Origin: Clostridiaceae bacterium
Lineage (GTDB): Bacteria; Bacillota; Clostridia; Lachnospirales; Lachnospiraceae
DNA length: 24,000 bases
Assembly (NCBI GenBank): GCA_018378255.1
Contig: JAGZXV010000001.1
Location: forward strand, 58,015-82,014
Direction of reading: 5' to 3'
Shown: positions 14,673 to 23,685 of the stretch, piece by piece
Layout of the letters: each line of letters opens with the position of its first letter
Position numbering within the stretch: position 1 is the stretch's first letter
Translations under genes and position numbers: made by a program
The notes under the pieces: model-generated
Told to the model about the DNA's origin: nothing
The model's database searches: none
Seen by the model: only the letters and a program-made list of their open reading frames with translations

Positions 14673-16613
14673 ATGATGCGTGATTTGGCTTATTTAAAAC
14701 TCCTGGCAAGAGAGTATCCCACCATTAAGGCTGCATCCAGCGAGATCATCAATTTGATGGCCATCTCAGGGCTGCCGAAAGGGACGGAGTATTTTTTCAG
14801 CGATCTTCATGGTGAACATGAAGCGTTTATCCATTTGCTGAAAAGTTCTTCCGGTATTATACGTGAGAAGATAAAAGAGACATTCGGGCATATTATTCCG
14901 GAGGAGGAACAGGTTGAACTGGCGAATCTGGTCTACTACCCGGAACGGATGCTCAATAAGATAGTCGTTTCAGATAAAGATATCGATGACTGGAAGAGGA
15001 TCACCATTTACCGGCTGGTCCAGATCTGCAAAGAGGTTTCCTCCAAATACACCAGGTCCAAAGTGCGTAAAAAAATGCCGGCCGAATTTTCCTATATTAT
15101 CGATGAGCTGCTTCATGTAGACTATAATGATGATAATAAGAAAGTATATTACAGCGAGATCATACGCTCGATCATCGATATACAGATGGCGGATAAGTTC
15201 ATTATCGCGTTATGTGAACTGATTCAGAACCTGACCATTGACAACCTTCATATTATAGGAGATATATTTGACCGGGGACCCAGGGCTGATTTGATTATGA
15301 ATGCTTTGATGCAGTTTCACGATGTGGATATCCAATGGGGCAATCACGATATTTCCTGGATGGGAGCGGCTACGGGGAATCCGGCCTGTATCTGTAATGT
15401 TTTGAGAATAGCCATCAGTTACAACAGCTTTGATGTGCTGGAAGATGGATATGGAATCAACCTCAGGCCGCTGTCCATGTTTGCAGCGCATGTCTACCGG
15501 GATGATCCGTGTGAGCGTTTTATACCCAAGATTTTAGATCAGAATATTTATGATGCTGTGGATCCGGGGCTGGCGGCCAAGATGCATAAGGCCATTGCCG
15601 TCATCCAGTTTAAGGTGGAAGGACAGATTATCAGGCGTCATCCCGGATATCTGATGGACGACAGAATTCTGCTGGAGGCTGTAGATTATAAAAATGGAAC
15701 CGTAACCATTCAGGGCAAAGAATATCCCCTTTTAGACACCCGGTTCCCCACCATTGATCCGCGGCATCCGTTAAAGCTGACAGCTGAAGAGGAAGAACTG
15801 CTGAACACTCTTATTTTATCATTTAAGCACAGTGATCTTCTCCACAAACATATAAAATTCCTGTATTCCCATGGCGGAATGTATAAATGCTACAACGGAA
15901 ACCTGCTGTATCATGGCTGCATCCCGATGGCCCAGGACGGAACTTTTGAAAAAATGATATTTGACGGCGAACCCTGCTCTGGAAAAAGTCTGATGGACCA
16001 TATTGACCAGAGGATTCAGAATGCTTATTTCCTTCCGGAAGATACTAAGGAAAAGGAAGATGCCAAAGACTTCATGTGGTATTTGTGGTGCGGGGCCAAA
16101 TCGCCTGTGTTCGGTAAGGACAAGATGACCACATTTGAACATTATTTTGTGGCTGAAAAATCACTTCAAAAGGAGAATTTGAATCCGTACTATAAATTCT
16201 GTGAACAGGAAGAATATTGTAATAAGATTATAGAAGAATTCCATCTGCCCATGGACGGTGCCCATATCATCAACGGGCATGTGCCTGTAAAGATTAAAGA
16301 CGGAGAGAAGCCGGTAAAGGCCAATGGAAAACTGTTTATCATTGACGGCGGACTTTCTAAGGCATACCAGTCTAAAACAGGAATTGCGGGGTATACTTTA
16401 ATCTATAATTCCAGGCATCTGGCATTGGCGGAACATAAACCATTTAACCCTGAAACTGAGAGCACTCCCAAGGTCTATATTGTGGAGAAGATGAAAAACA
16501 GGGTGATGGTGGGAGATACCGATTTGGGAAAAGAGCTGGCCTGCCGGATATCGGATCTGAAAGAGCTGGTTGCCGCTTACCGGGAAGGTGTCATTAAGGA
16601 GAAGATAGTGTGA
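14673..16613 (+). CDS. fbp: Fructose-1,6-bisphosphatase class 3
   Basis: 646 aa. The length and N-terminus (LKLLA..YPT...A..EIINL.AI..LPKGTE.F.SD.HGE...F) are characteristic of the Firmicutes class 3 FBPase. GGAGG RBS upstream. Confidence 0.92.
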   Translation: MMRDLAYLKLLAREYPTIKAASSEIINLMAISGLPKGTEYFFSDLHGEHEAFIHLLKSSSGIIREKIKETFGHIIPEEEQVELANLVYYPERMLNKIVVSDKDIDDWKRITIYRLVQICKEVSSKYTRSKVRKKMPAEFSYIIDELLHVDYNDDNKKVYYSEIIRSIIDIQMADKFIIALCELIQNLTIDNLHIIGDIFDRGPRADLIMNALMQFHDVDIQWGNHDISWMGAATGNPACICNVLRIAISYNSFDVLEDGYGINLRPLSMFAAHVYRDDPCERFIPKILDQNIYDAVDPGLAAKMHKAIAVIQFKVEGQIIRRHPGYLMDDRILLEAVDYKNGTVTIQGKEYPLLDTRFPTIDPRHPLKLTAEEEELLNTLILSFKHSDLLHKHIKFLYSHGGMYKCYNGNLLYHGCIPMAQDGTFEKMIFDGEPCSGKSLMDHIDQRIQNAYFLPEDTKEKEDAKDFMWYLWCGAKSPVFGKDKMTTFEHYFVAEKSLQKENLNPYYKFCEQEEYCNKIIEEFHLPMDGAHIINGHVPVKIKDGEKPVKANGKLFIIDGGLSKAYQSKTGIAGYTLIYNSRHLALAEHKPFNPETESTPKVYIVEKMKNRVMVGDTDLGKELACRISDLKELVAAYREGVIKEKIV

Positions 16614-16870
16614 CATATAATCCCGACGGCTTATTTGTCACACCTGAATTTGTGCAGGAACCATAAATATGAATCACAGCTGAGAATTTCAAATTCTCAG
16701 CGCGTGTCTGCCTAACACAATACTTGTGCACAAGCGCTCCGGCATGCAGGGTTAGAATAAATCCTGGTCATAAAAACTTTAGAATTATTTTAGGGTGGAT
16801 TTATTTACCAATCTACAATATGGTGTTACAATAACTGGGATTACTTCTAAGAAAAAACAGGGGGAATTCT

Positions 16871-17344
16871 ATGAATAGGGAAGAGTTTCTGAGAGGATTG
16901 AGACAGGCGCTGGAGGGCAATGTATCCCCTTCGGTCATTCAGGAAAACTTACGGTACTACGATAATTATATATCAGAAGAGATTAGAAAGGGAGCCAGGG
17001 AAGCTGATGTGATAGCTGAGATCGGTGATCCCAGATTGATTGCGAAGACAATAGAAGATACTTCGGAAGACGGCACCGATCCGGTCCGGGGCGTTTATGA
17101 GGAGGGGGATACCCGCAGCGGTTCAGGATATGAGCAGGAACCGTTTGGGGGCAGAAGCACCGTTCATTTTTATGACCTCAATAAGTGGTACTGGAAGCTG
17201 CTGTTTGGAGTGGGCGTGGTACTGATCCTGTTTTTGATAATTGCGGTGATAACAGGAATTTTTACTTTGATCGTTCCGCTGATTTTACCATTTATTTTCA
17301 TTTGCTGTATTATTTATTTTATAAAATCCATCACCCGGCGGTAG
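16871..17344 (+). CDS. DUF1700-like membrane protein
   Basis: The N-terminus (EEFLRGLRQAL.G.VS...I.E.L.YY..YI.EE...G..E..VIAE.GDPR.IAK.I) is typical of DUF1700. C-terminal hydrophobic segment. AGGGGG RBS upstream. Confidence 0.7.
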   Translation: MNREEFLRGLRQALEGNVSPSVIQENLRYYDNYISEEIRKGAREADVIAEIGDPRLIAKTIEDTSEDGTDPVRGVYEEGDTRSGSGYEQEPFGGRSTVHFYDLNKWYWKLLFGVGVVLILFLIIAVITGIFTLIVPLILPFIFICCIIYFIKSITRR

Positions 17345-17629
17345 CGTGTGTTTGAATATGTATTCCCGTTATCTGCACGCCCTGCTTTGCGGTATATCAG
17401 GCCCCAATGCAGTGAGCGCAGCCTGCTGTGCTTTCTTTGCTGGGGCCCAATTTTTCGAAAAAGCGTGAAGCCAGTTGACGGATGGGCATTACGGACTATA
17501 CGGACACATCATGATAAAGCGGGAAAATACCGGGGCCGGCAGACTGTGGATACTGTTCCATGGCAAGACGGCAGCCCGGTATTTCTGCCTTCCTGTGCGG
17601 AAACTGTTCTGTTCAATGAGATTCTGGTC

Positions 17630-17658
17630 TTGACAAAACTGTGTAGATATATTACAAT
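17630..17658 (+). promoter_or_regulatory. Sigma-A type promoter for the NlpC/P60 gene
   Basis: TTGACA (17630-17635), 17-nt spacer, TACAAT (17653-17658). Confidence 0.5.
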
Positions 17659-17738
17659 ATGTAACATATTTAACATTTGTGTAACAATTGTATGAAAATC
17701 GTAAAAAATAGGACAGATAATTGTCAGGAGAAGAATCT

Positions 17739-18449
17739 ATGGTGAAAGAGGCAGTCAGGCTGCTGGCTCTGGTTGGGATTTGTGCCGGGATATTAACGGC
17801 GTCACCCAAAGAGGCGAGAGCGGCAGAATCTTATTGCGCAGGAGTTGAGACGACCACTTCCTATGTGGTGAAGGTGGATGCGCCTACAACTGATGTACAT
17901 ATCTTGGCGTCTGCTGACGGCGCGGTATTTACCCGCGTATCTCAAGGTGAAACTTATCAGGTGCTGGAAGAGGAAAACGGCTGGGCAAAGATTAAGACGG
18001 ATGCGGGAATTGGATATATCCGGCTGGCCGGGAATGCCACTATGGTGGAGACTACCAGGGAAAAAGTAGATGCGTCTGCAGTTAAGAGGAACGAGATTGT
18101 TAACTATGCGATGCAGTTTGTAGGCGGCCGCTATGTATATGGAGGCAATGATCCTCATACAGGCGTGGATTGTTCGGGATTTACCAGATATGTGATGCAG
18201 CATGCGGCGGGGATTTCTTTAAACAGAAGTTCTGCCGGACAAGCTACCCAGGGGAAGCAGATTTCTCTGGATCAGATCAGGCCGGGAGATTTGATTTTTT
18301 ATGCCAGCGGTTCGGGCCGGATCAACCATGTGGCCCTCTATATCGGAGACGAGAAGATTGTTCATGCGTCTACGGAGAAGACGGGAATTAAGGTGTCATA
18401 CTGGCAGCACAGAAAACCGGTAAAGGTGATCAGTGTTGTGGAAGGATAA
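17739..18449 (+). CDS. Secreted SH3-domain + NlpC/P60 (C40) peptidoglycan hydrolase
   Basis: Signal peptide (LLALVGICAGILTASPKEARA), bacterial SH3-like segment, and NlpC/P60 catalytic motifs DCSGF and HVALYIG. ATG 17739 is preferred (AGGAG 8 nt upstream) over the TTG at 17721. Confidence 0.88.
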   Translation: MVKEAVRLLALVGICAGILTASPKEARAAESYCAGVETTTSYVVKVDAPTTDVHILASADGAVFTRVSQGETYQVLEEENGWAKIKTDAGIGYIRLAGNATMVETTREKVDASAVKRNEIVNYAMQFVGGRYVYGGNDPHTGVDCSGFTRYVMQHAAGISLNRSSAGQATQGKQISLDQIRPGDLIFYASGSGRINHVALYIGDEKIVHASTEKTGIKVSYWQHRKPVKVISVVEG

Positions 18450-18458
18450 AGAAGATAC

Positions 18459-18495
18459 GAAAGAGGATGCTGTTTGACGGCATCCTCTTTCTTTA
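18459..18495 (+). terminator. Intrinsic terminator after the NlpC/P60 gene
   Basis: 12-bp stem GAAAGAGGATGC (18459-18470) / GCATCCTCTTTC (18480-18491), followed by TTTAC (short T tract). Confidence 0.55.
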
Positions 18496-18582
18496 CTGTA
18501 TACAATGATTATGGTAAAATAAATATAAACATGGTGTAGGACCAGACTTCGGCAGGAGATGCCGGCGGGGCAGGAGAAATAT

Positions 18583-19611
18583 GTGAAAGAAGAAAAGTTC
18601 AGGAATAAGATTTACTGGTTTATCTTTGTTTTCAGTTTGCTGGTAATTTGGGTTCATTCTTATAATGCCAAGCTGTTTTTAGGAGCGGGAAGAACGGCTG
18701 AACTGGTGGACCGCGGAGAGCGGCTTTTGGGTGACGTGGTCGCCCAGGTTGCTGTGCCGGGATTTTTTATCATATCCGGATACCTGTTCTTCCGCAATTT
18801 TACAATGGACCGTTTATGGAACAAATGGAATTCCAGAATCAAGACGGTTCTGGTTCCGTTTGTCGTTTGGAACACCATTTATTATGTCGTATATGCGGCC
18901 GGCAGCCGTATTCCCTGGCTGCGCGACGTGCTGGGGAAAGGGATCATTCCGGTGAGCTTAAATGCGCTTGTGGATGCGGTGCTGCATTACCGCTATAATT
19001 ATGTGTTTTGGTATCTGTACCAGTTGATCCTGCTGGTGCTTCTGGCTCCTGTGATCTATTTTTTTCTGTCCAAACGGCATGTGAGATGGATTTATCTGGC
19101 AGGTGTGTTCGCAGGCCTTCTGGCCGGAGTGAGCCTGTCGCCTTTGAATATAGACGCCCTGTTTTTCTACTCCGTGGCGGCCGACAGCGCGCTGAATAAT
19201 AAAAAAATGACAGAAGCCCCATGGTCTAACATGCGGTTTCTGTCAGGCGCGGCCATTTTAGCGGCCGCATGTGCTGTTTATCTGTATTCCATCCGGTATT
19301 TCAGTGTATCAGGAATCGCTATCTACCGTTTTCTGGTTCCGGCAGCCCTGTGGTTTATGGTAAACGAAAACTGGCTGCCGGAGGCGAAGCCCTGGATGAA
19401 GATCAACTTCTTTTTGTATGCTCTTCATTTCCTGCTGGTCCGGTTTATCAATAAAGCGGCCGCTTTATACGTACCAGGCATACCGGCCGTACCCGTTTTC
19501 CTCTATCTTCTGATGCCGGGCATTGTACTGATGGTCAGTTATCCCGCGGCAGTGCTCCTGCAGCGCCGTCTCCCTCTGCTTTGGCGGCTCCTTACAGGCG
19601 GAAGGAATTGA
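18583..19611 (+). CDS. Acyltransferase family 3 integral membrane protein (O-acyltransferase type)
   Basis: Polytopic membrane protein with the family-typical N-terminus (...FRNKIYWFIF...WVHSYN). The GTG at 18583 has AGGAG 6 nt upstream. The ATG at 18559 abuts its AGGAG, so the start is uncertain (18559 or 18583). Confidence 0.8.
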   Translation: MKEEKFRNKIYWFIFVFSLLVIWVHSYNAKLFLGAGRTAELVDRGERLLGDVVAQVAVPGFFIISGYLFFRNFTMDRLWNKWNSRIKTVLVPFVVWNTIYYVVYAAGSRIPWLRDVLGKGIIPVSLNALVDAVLHYRYNYVFWYLYQLILLVLLAPVIYFFLSKRHVRWIYLAGVFAGLLAGVSLSPLNIDALFFYSVAADSALNNKKMTEAPWSNMRFLSGAAILAAACAVYLYSIRYFSVSGIAIYRFLVPAALWFMVNENWLPEAKPWMKINFFLYALHFLLVRFINKAAALYVPGIPAVPVFLYLLMPGIVLMVSYPAAVLLQRRLPLLWRLLTGGRN

Positions 19612-19621
19612 CCTGTCTGAC

Positions 19622-20488
19622 CTATTGATCCGTTGACCAGCGTCCGGATGCGCCGCAGGGCAGGACCAGGCCGGTTTTAGTGACCGGAAGCCCCACTTCT
19701 TCGGAATTGACAGAACCTTTATACCTGGGGCATATCTCCGTAGCCAGCATATAAGTCAGGACGGACGGGGCCAGGCCGGTGGTATAAGAATTTACAAGGA
19801 AGAATAAAGGATTGTCCGATAAAAGCTGGACACATAGCCGGATCAAAGGATGAATCGCATCTTCAATCTTCCAGATCTCGCCCTTAGGCCCTCTTCCATA
19901 AGAAGGAGGATCCATGATGATGGCATCATAGTGATTGCCTCTGCGTATCTCCCGTTCCACGAATTTCATACAGTCATCTACAATCCAACGGATCGGAGCA
20001 TCTTCCAGTCCGCTGGATTTTGCATTTTCTTTGGCCCATGCGACCATGCCTTTGGATGCATCCACATGGGTTACATGAGCACCCGCCTGAGCGGAAGCCA
20101 GCGTCGCTCCGCCGGTATAGGCGAACAGGTTTAAAACCTTTACCGGCCGGCCGGCTGACTTGATTTTATTTCCAAACCAGTCCCAGTTTGCTGCCTGCTC
20201 GGGAAAAAGACCGGTATGTTTAAAGCTGAATGGCTTCAGATTAAATGTCAGTTCTTTATAATGAATGGTCCATTGTTCCGGAAGGTCAAAGAACTCCCAT
20301 TCCCCGCCGCCTTTGGCGCTTCTGTGGTAATGGCCGTTCATATGCCGCCACCGCTTGTCTTCTTTTGGAGTATCCCATATTACCTGGGGGTCGGGACGGA
20401 CTAATATATACTTCCCCCAGCGTTCCAATTTTTCGCCCTCAGAGCAATCTATTACTTCATAATCTTTCCAACCGTCTGCTATCCACAT
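19622..20488 (-). CDS. Class I SAM-dependent methyltransferase (RlmI/RlmK-like catalytic domain)
   Basis: 288 aa. SAM-binding motif LNLFAYTGGATL, acidic loop HVDAS, and DPPSYGRG motif IV. Confidence 0.8.
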   Translation of the reverse strand: MWIADGWKDYEVIDCSEGEKLERWGKYILVRPDPQVIWDTPKEDKRWRHMNGHYHRSAKGGGEWEFFDLPEQWTIHYKELTFNLKPFSFKHTGLFPEQAANWDWFGNKIKSAGRPVKVLNLFAYTGGATLASAQAGAHVTHVDASKGMVAWAKENAKSSGLEDAPIRWIVDDCMKFVEREIRRGNHYDAIIMDPPSYGRGPKGEIWKIEDAIHPLIRLCVQLLSDNPLFFLVNSYTTGLAPSVLTYMLATEICPRYKGSVNSEEVGLPVTKTGLVLPCGASGRWSTDQ

Positions 20489-20608
20489 GGCTTTACCGCC
20501 CTTTCTTCCTATTAAATATATCGATCATTCAACGTGATTATAACTTGACAGAGTTATCTCGTCAAGTAACGATCCGGTCATTGTAATAGAATTGAAAGAT
20601 TATTTTTG

Positions 20609-20637
20609 TTGAATTATCAGAAAGTAATTGATACAAT
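20609..20637 (+). promoter_or_regulatory. Sigma-A type promoter for the cell-wall-binding repeat protein
   Basis: TTGAAT (20609-20614), 17-nt spacer, TACAAT (20632-20637). Confidence 0.45.
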
Positions 20638-20681
20638 GTACTATAGGAATACAATGGGGAGAACCTTAAAGGAGCGAAGAT

Positions 20682-22037
20682 ATGAAAAAAGGAAAATTGG
20701 CAGTGCTCGTACTTGCTGCTGTATTATGTGCGGGAACTATGGCGTTTTCAGCATATGCCGCAGATGGATGGCAGCAGTCCAACGGCAATTGGGTATATTA
20801 TGATTCGAATGGCAATAAGCTGACCAACGAGTGGAAAAAGGGCGCGGACGACCTGTGGCGCTATTTGGGAAGCAACGGCGAGATGGTGTTGAATACCTGG
20901 GTTGAGGATACCTATTATATGGATTCCAACGGCATTATGGTTACGAATAAGTGGCAGAAGCTGAGTGATTCCAGCGGCACAGAATCCTACTGGTATTATT
21001 TCACCCAGAACGGAAAAGCTGCTACGGACGGTTGGAAGAAAGTGGACAACAAGTGGTATCATTTTGATGATGAAGGCAGGATGGAAACCGGCTGGGTTGA
21101 CGATGAGATGTATTATACCGGTGATGACGGTGTGATGAAGACCGGCTGGCAGAAGCTTTACCCGCCGGATGAGGATTACGATGATGACCGCGTTACTCCG
21201 GCCAGTGAAGACGGAGACGGAAAGTACTGGTTTTACTTTACAAACTCGGGAAAGAAGTACTGTGCGGAGAATAACAGTGATTATGAGGTTAAGAAGGTTA
21301 ACGGTGTATATTATTGCTTCGACAGCGACGGTGTGATGCAGACCGGCTGGGTGAATGTCGGAGATGATCCGGATGAGAACGCATCCATCGAAGATTACCG
21401 TTACTACGGAAGCGACGGTAAGGTGAAGACCGGATGGCTGTCCATAGAGCCGCCGGAGCCGATTTCAGGTGAATATGAGGATGAGGTAGAGTGGTTTTAT
21501 TTCAGCAACCAGGGTAAGCCAAAGGTAGGCCCCAGGGAAGGCGATGCCAACACCGGCGATTTATTCAAGCTGAACGGCCGCACCTATCTGTTTAATGACA
21601 AGGGAAATCCTGTTTATGGCCTTCAGAAGCTTGAATTAGCGGAAAGCGGCAGCTATACCGCATACTATTTTGGGGACAAGGCAACCAGTTCCGTAGTTAA
21701 GGGAAAACGTAAAGTGGAAGAAGATGACGGCAACGTGAGCGAATTTTATTTTGCGGATACCGGCAAAGGCTACAATGGGGTGAAAGACGGATACCTGTAT
21801 TACATGGGTAAACTGCAAAAAGCTGAGAGCGGTACGAAATATCAGGTAATCACCATTGACGGCAAGAATTACGTAGTGAATACATCAGGAAAACTTGCCA
21901 AATCCACAACTGTTAAGAACGGAGACGGAGTTAAGTATAAGACGAACGGTACGGGAATCCTGGTTAAAGAAGATGATGAAGAACCGGCAAGTTCTTATAA
22001 TGAACCATTTGAGCCGGTTTGGTCCAGCCATTATTAA
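20682..22037 (+). CDS. Secreted protein made of putative cell-wall-binding (choline/glucan-binding type) repeats
   Basis: Signal peptide, then many ~20-aa aromatic repeats (GW...NG.WYY.D.NG.M.TGW). AGGAG RBS upstream. Confidence 0.85.
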   Translation: MKKGKLAVLVLAAVLCAGTMAFSAYAADGWQQSNGNWVYYDSNGNKLTNEWKKGADDLWRYLGSNGEMVLNTWVEDTYYMDSNGIMVTNKWQKLSDSSGTESYWYYFTQNGKAATDGWKKVDNKWYHFDDEGRMETGWVDDEMYYTGDDGVMKTGWQKLYPPDEDYDDDRVTPASEDGDGKYWFYFTNSGKKYCAENNSDYEVKKVNGVYYCFDSDGVMQTGWVNVGDDPDENASIEDYRYYGSDGKVKTGWLSIEPPEPISGEYEDEVEWFYFSNQGKPKVGPREGDANTGDLFKLNGRTYLFNDKGNPVYGLQKLELAESGSYTAYYFGDKATSSVVKGKRKVEEDDGNVSEFYFADTGKGYNGVKDGYLYYMGKLQKAESGTKYQVITIDGKNYVVNTSGKLAKSTTVKNGDGVKYKTNGTGILVKEDDEEPASSYNEPFEPVWSSHY

Positions 22038-22056
22038 TTAGGAAGAAACAGAAATC

Positions 22057-22115
22057 AAAAGAGCAGAATCTGACGGATGATAACCGTTGGGTACTGCTCT
22101 TTTTAAATTTTTTTT
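22057..22115 (+). terminator. Intrinsic terminator after the repeat-protein gene
   Basis: 10-bp stem AAAAGAGCAG (22057-22066) / CTGCTCTTTT (22094-22103) with a structured loop, followed by a T-rich tail TTTTAAATTTTTTTT. Confidence 0.6.
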
Positions 22116-22239
22116 GAGCAGGAGAAAAAACGGTCTCAATGGGGTTATAATTTTACTGAATATGGAAATAATCTTAACACGTTGGTTTACATCCATGTGA
22201 AAAGTCCTGAAACTTTACCGCTTTTCCGCCGTCAGAACG

Positions 22240-22294
22240 GTTACGAAAAATAAATAAAAAAATACTTGCAAATAAAAGGAAAATGTGATATGCT
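22240..22294 (+). promoter_or_regulatory. S10 operon promoter with A-rich UP-like element
   Basis: A-tract AAAAATAAATAAAAAAATA, then TTGCAA (22266-22271), a 17-nt spacer, and TGaTATGCT (extended -10, 22286-22294). Confidence 0.55.
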
Positions 22295-22529
22295 AACAAA
22301 GCTGTGGCATGATAGCTGTGAAGCGTGAGGTTGCTGCCCGATGTGGTAGGTGTTCCGTGGAGCGAATGTCAAGTTAGGAAACTGGCGACAAGTCACTGTA
22401 CAATTTACTAAAGTTCTAGCAGATATGTGGGAATTTGTGTGTGGATCTATGAGGACACACACGGGAACGTGTACAGTCACCGCTTGTCGTACTTCGAGTA
22501 ATAAGTGCGAAAAGGAGGCGACTTTTTTT

Positions 22530-22847
22530 ATGGCAAGTCAAGTAATGAGAATCACATTAAAAGCTTATGATCATCAGTTAGTAGATCAGTCAGCTGGAAA
22601 AATCATCGAGACTGTAAAAAAGACAGGATCACAGGTGAGCGGACCGGTGCCGTTACCAACTAAAAAAGAAGTGGTAACAATCTTAAGAGCGGTTCACAAG
22701 TACAAAGATTCCAGAGAACAGTTCGAACAGAGAACTCATAAGAGACTTATCGATATCATCACACCAAGCCAGAAAACAGTTGATGCATTATCAAGATTAG
22801 AGATGCCAGCTGGTGTGTACATTGATATCAAGATGAAAACCAAATAA
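22530..22847 (+). CDS. rpsJ: 30S ribosomal protein S10
   Basis: [17 protein letters not shown]......I......G....GP.PLPT... is unmistakable S10. AAAGGAGG lies upstream of ATG 22530. The ORF-track extension back to 22350 is untranslated leader. Confidence 0.97.
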   Translation: MASQVMRITLKAYDHQLVDQSAGKIIETVKKTGSQVSGPVPLPTKKEVVTILRAVHKYKDSREQFEQRTHKRLIDIITPSQKTVDALSRLEMPAGVYIDIKMKTK

Positions 22848-23023
22848 GGTTTTCGGTGGACAAGGTAATATCCTGAAGGGTTATATATAGAAGCAACACT
22901 CTTTCCTGAAGAGGAATCAACATCTCCCGCAAGGGGGTCATAGTGTTCCACGTATATTTGACTGTTCTAGGATGAACGCGTTAAGCGTTCCGCTGTAGAT
23001 CAACAAACAGGAGGTAATTAGTT

Positions 23024-23656
23024 ATGAAGAAAGCTATTTTAGCTACTAAAGTCGGAATGACTCAAATCTTCAATGAAGACGGAGTTTTAACTCCAGTAAC
23101 AGTTCTTCAGGCTGGCCCATGTGTAGTTACACAGGTTAAGACCGTTGAGAACGATGGTTACAAAGCAGTGCAGGTTGGTTTTGTTGACAAGAGAGCGAAA
23201 TTAGTCACAAAACCGGTAAAAGGCCATTTTGATAAGGCCGGAGTTGCTTACAAGAGATTTGTAAGAGAATTCAAATTCGAGAACGCTGAAGAATATTCAG
23301 TGAAAGACGAAATCAAAGCAGATATCTTCGCAGCTGGCGACAAGATTGACGCAACAGCTATTTCCAAAGGTAAAGGTTTCCAGGGTGCTATTAAGAGACA
23401 CGGACAGTCCAGAGGACCTATGGCTCATGGTTCTAAATTCCATCGTCATGCTGGTTCAAACGGTTCTTGTTCAGATCCTAGTAAAGTATTTAAGGGTAAG
23501 AAGATGCCTGGCCAGATGGGTAACAAGAGAATCACCATCCAGAACCTTGAGATCGTCAGAGTTGATGCTGAAAACAACCTGATCTTAGTTAAGGGCGCTG
23601 TACCAGGACCTAAGAAGTCTTTAGTAACACTGAAAGAAACAGTAAAAGCATGCTAA
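23024..23656 (+). CDS. rplC: 50S ribosomal protein L3
   Basis: [16 protein letters not shown]...G...PVTV....PC.V.Q.KT...DGY.A.Q.GF. and the FKG.GFQG..KRH region. AGGAGG RBS upstream. Confidence 0.97.
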   Translation: MKKAILATKVGMTQIFNEDGVLTPVTVLQAGPCVVTQVKTVENDGYKAVQVGFVDKRAKLVTKPVKGHFDKAGVAYKRFVREFKFENAEEYSVKDEIKADIFAAGDKIDATAISKGKGFQGAIKRHGQSRGPMAHGSKFHRHAGSNGSCSDPSKVFKGKKMPGQMGNKRITIQNLEIVRVDAENNLILVKGAVPGPKKSLVTLKETVKAC

Positions 23657-23685
23657 TGCTTTTATAGGAAAGGAGGAACACACAG

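Noticed and set aside
16679-16701. Palindrome GCTGAGAATTT-C-AAATTCTCAGC, considered as the fbp terminator.
   Set aside because: It has an 11-bp stem but no T tract on either strand. It may still be a weak terminator, but I cannot support it as a feature.
16723-16734. Perfect 12-bp palindrome CTTGTGCACAAG upstream of the DUF1700 gene, considered as a possible operator.
   Set aside because: Several perfect 12-bp palindromes are expected by chance in 24 kb (roughly 24000/4096). There is no second copy or promoter overlap.
17345-17738. A cyclic-di-AMP (ydaO-type) riboswitch upstream of the NlpC/P60 hydrolase, a common association in Firmicutes.
   Set aside because: I could not find the conserved ydaO blocks (GGGGACCCA..., ...CCCGAACCCG.CAGCTAACC...). 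The best promoter lies downstream of most of the region, leaving only an ~80-nt AT-rich leader.
22350-22529. The 60-codon N-terminal extension of the rpsJ ORF in the track.
   Set aside because: S10 begins at [15 protein letters not shown] with AAAGGAGG upstream of ATG 22530. The upstream part is leader RNA with no RBS.
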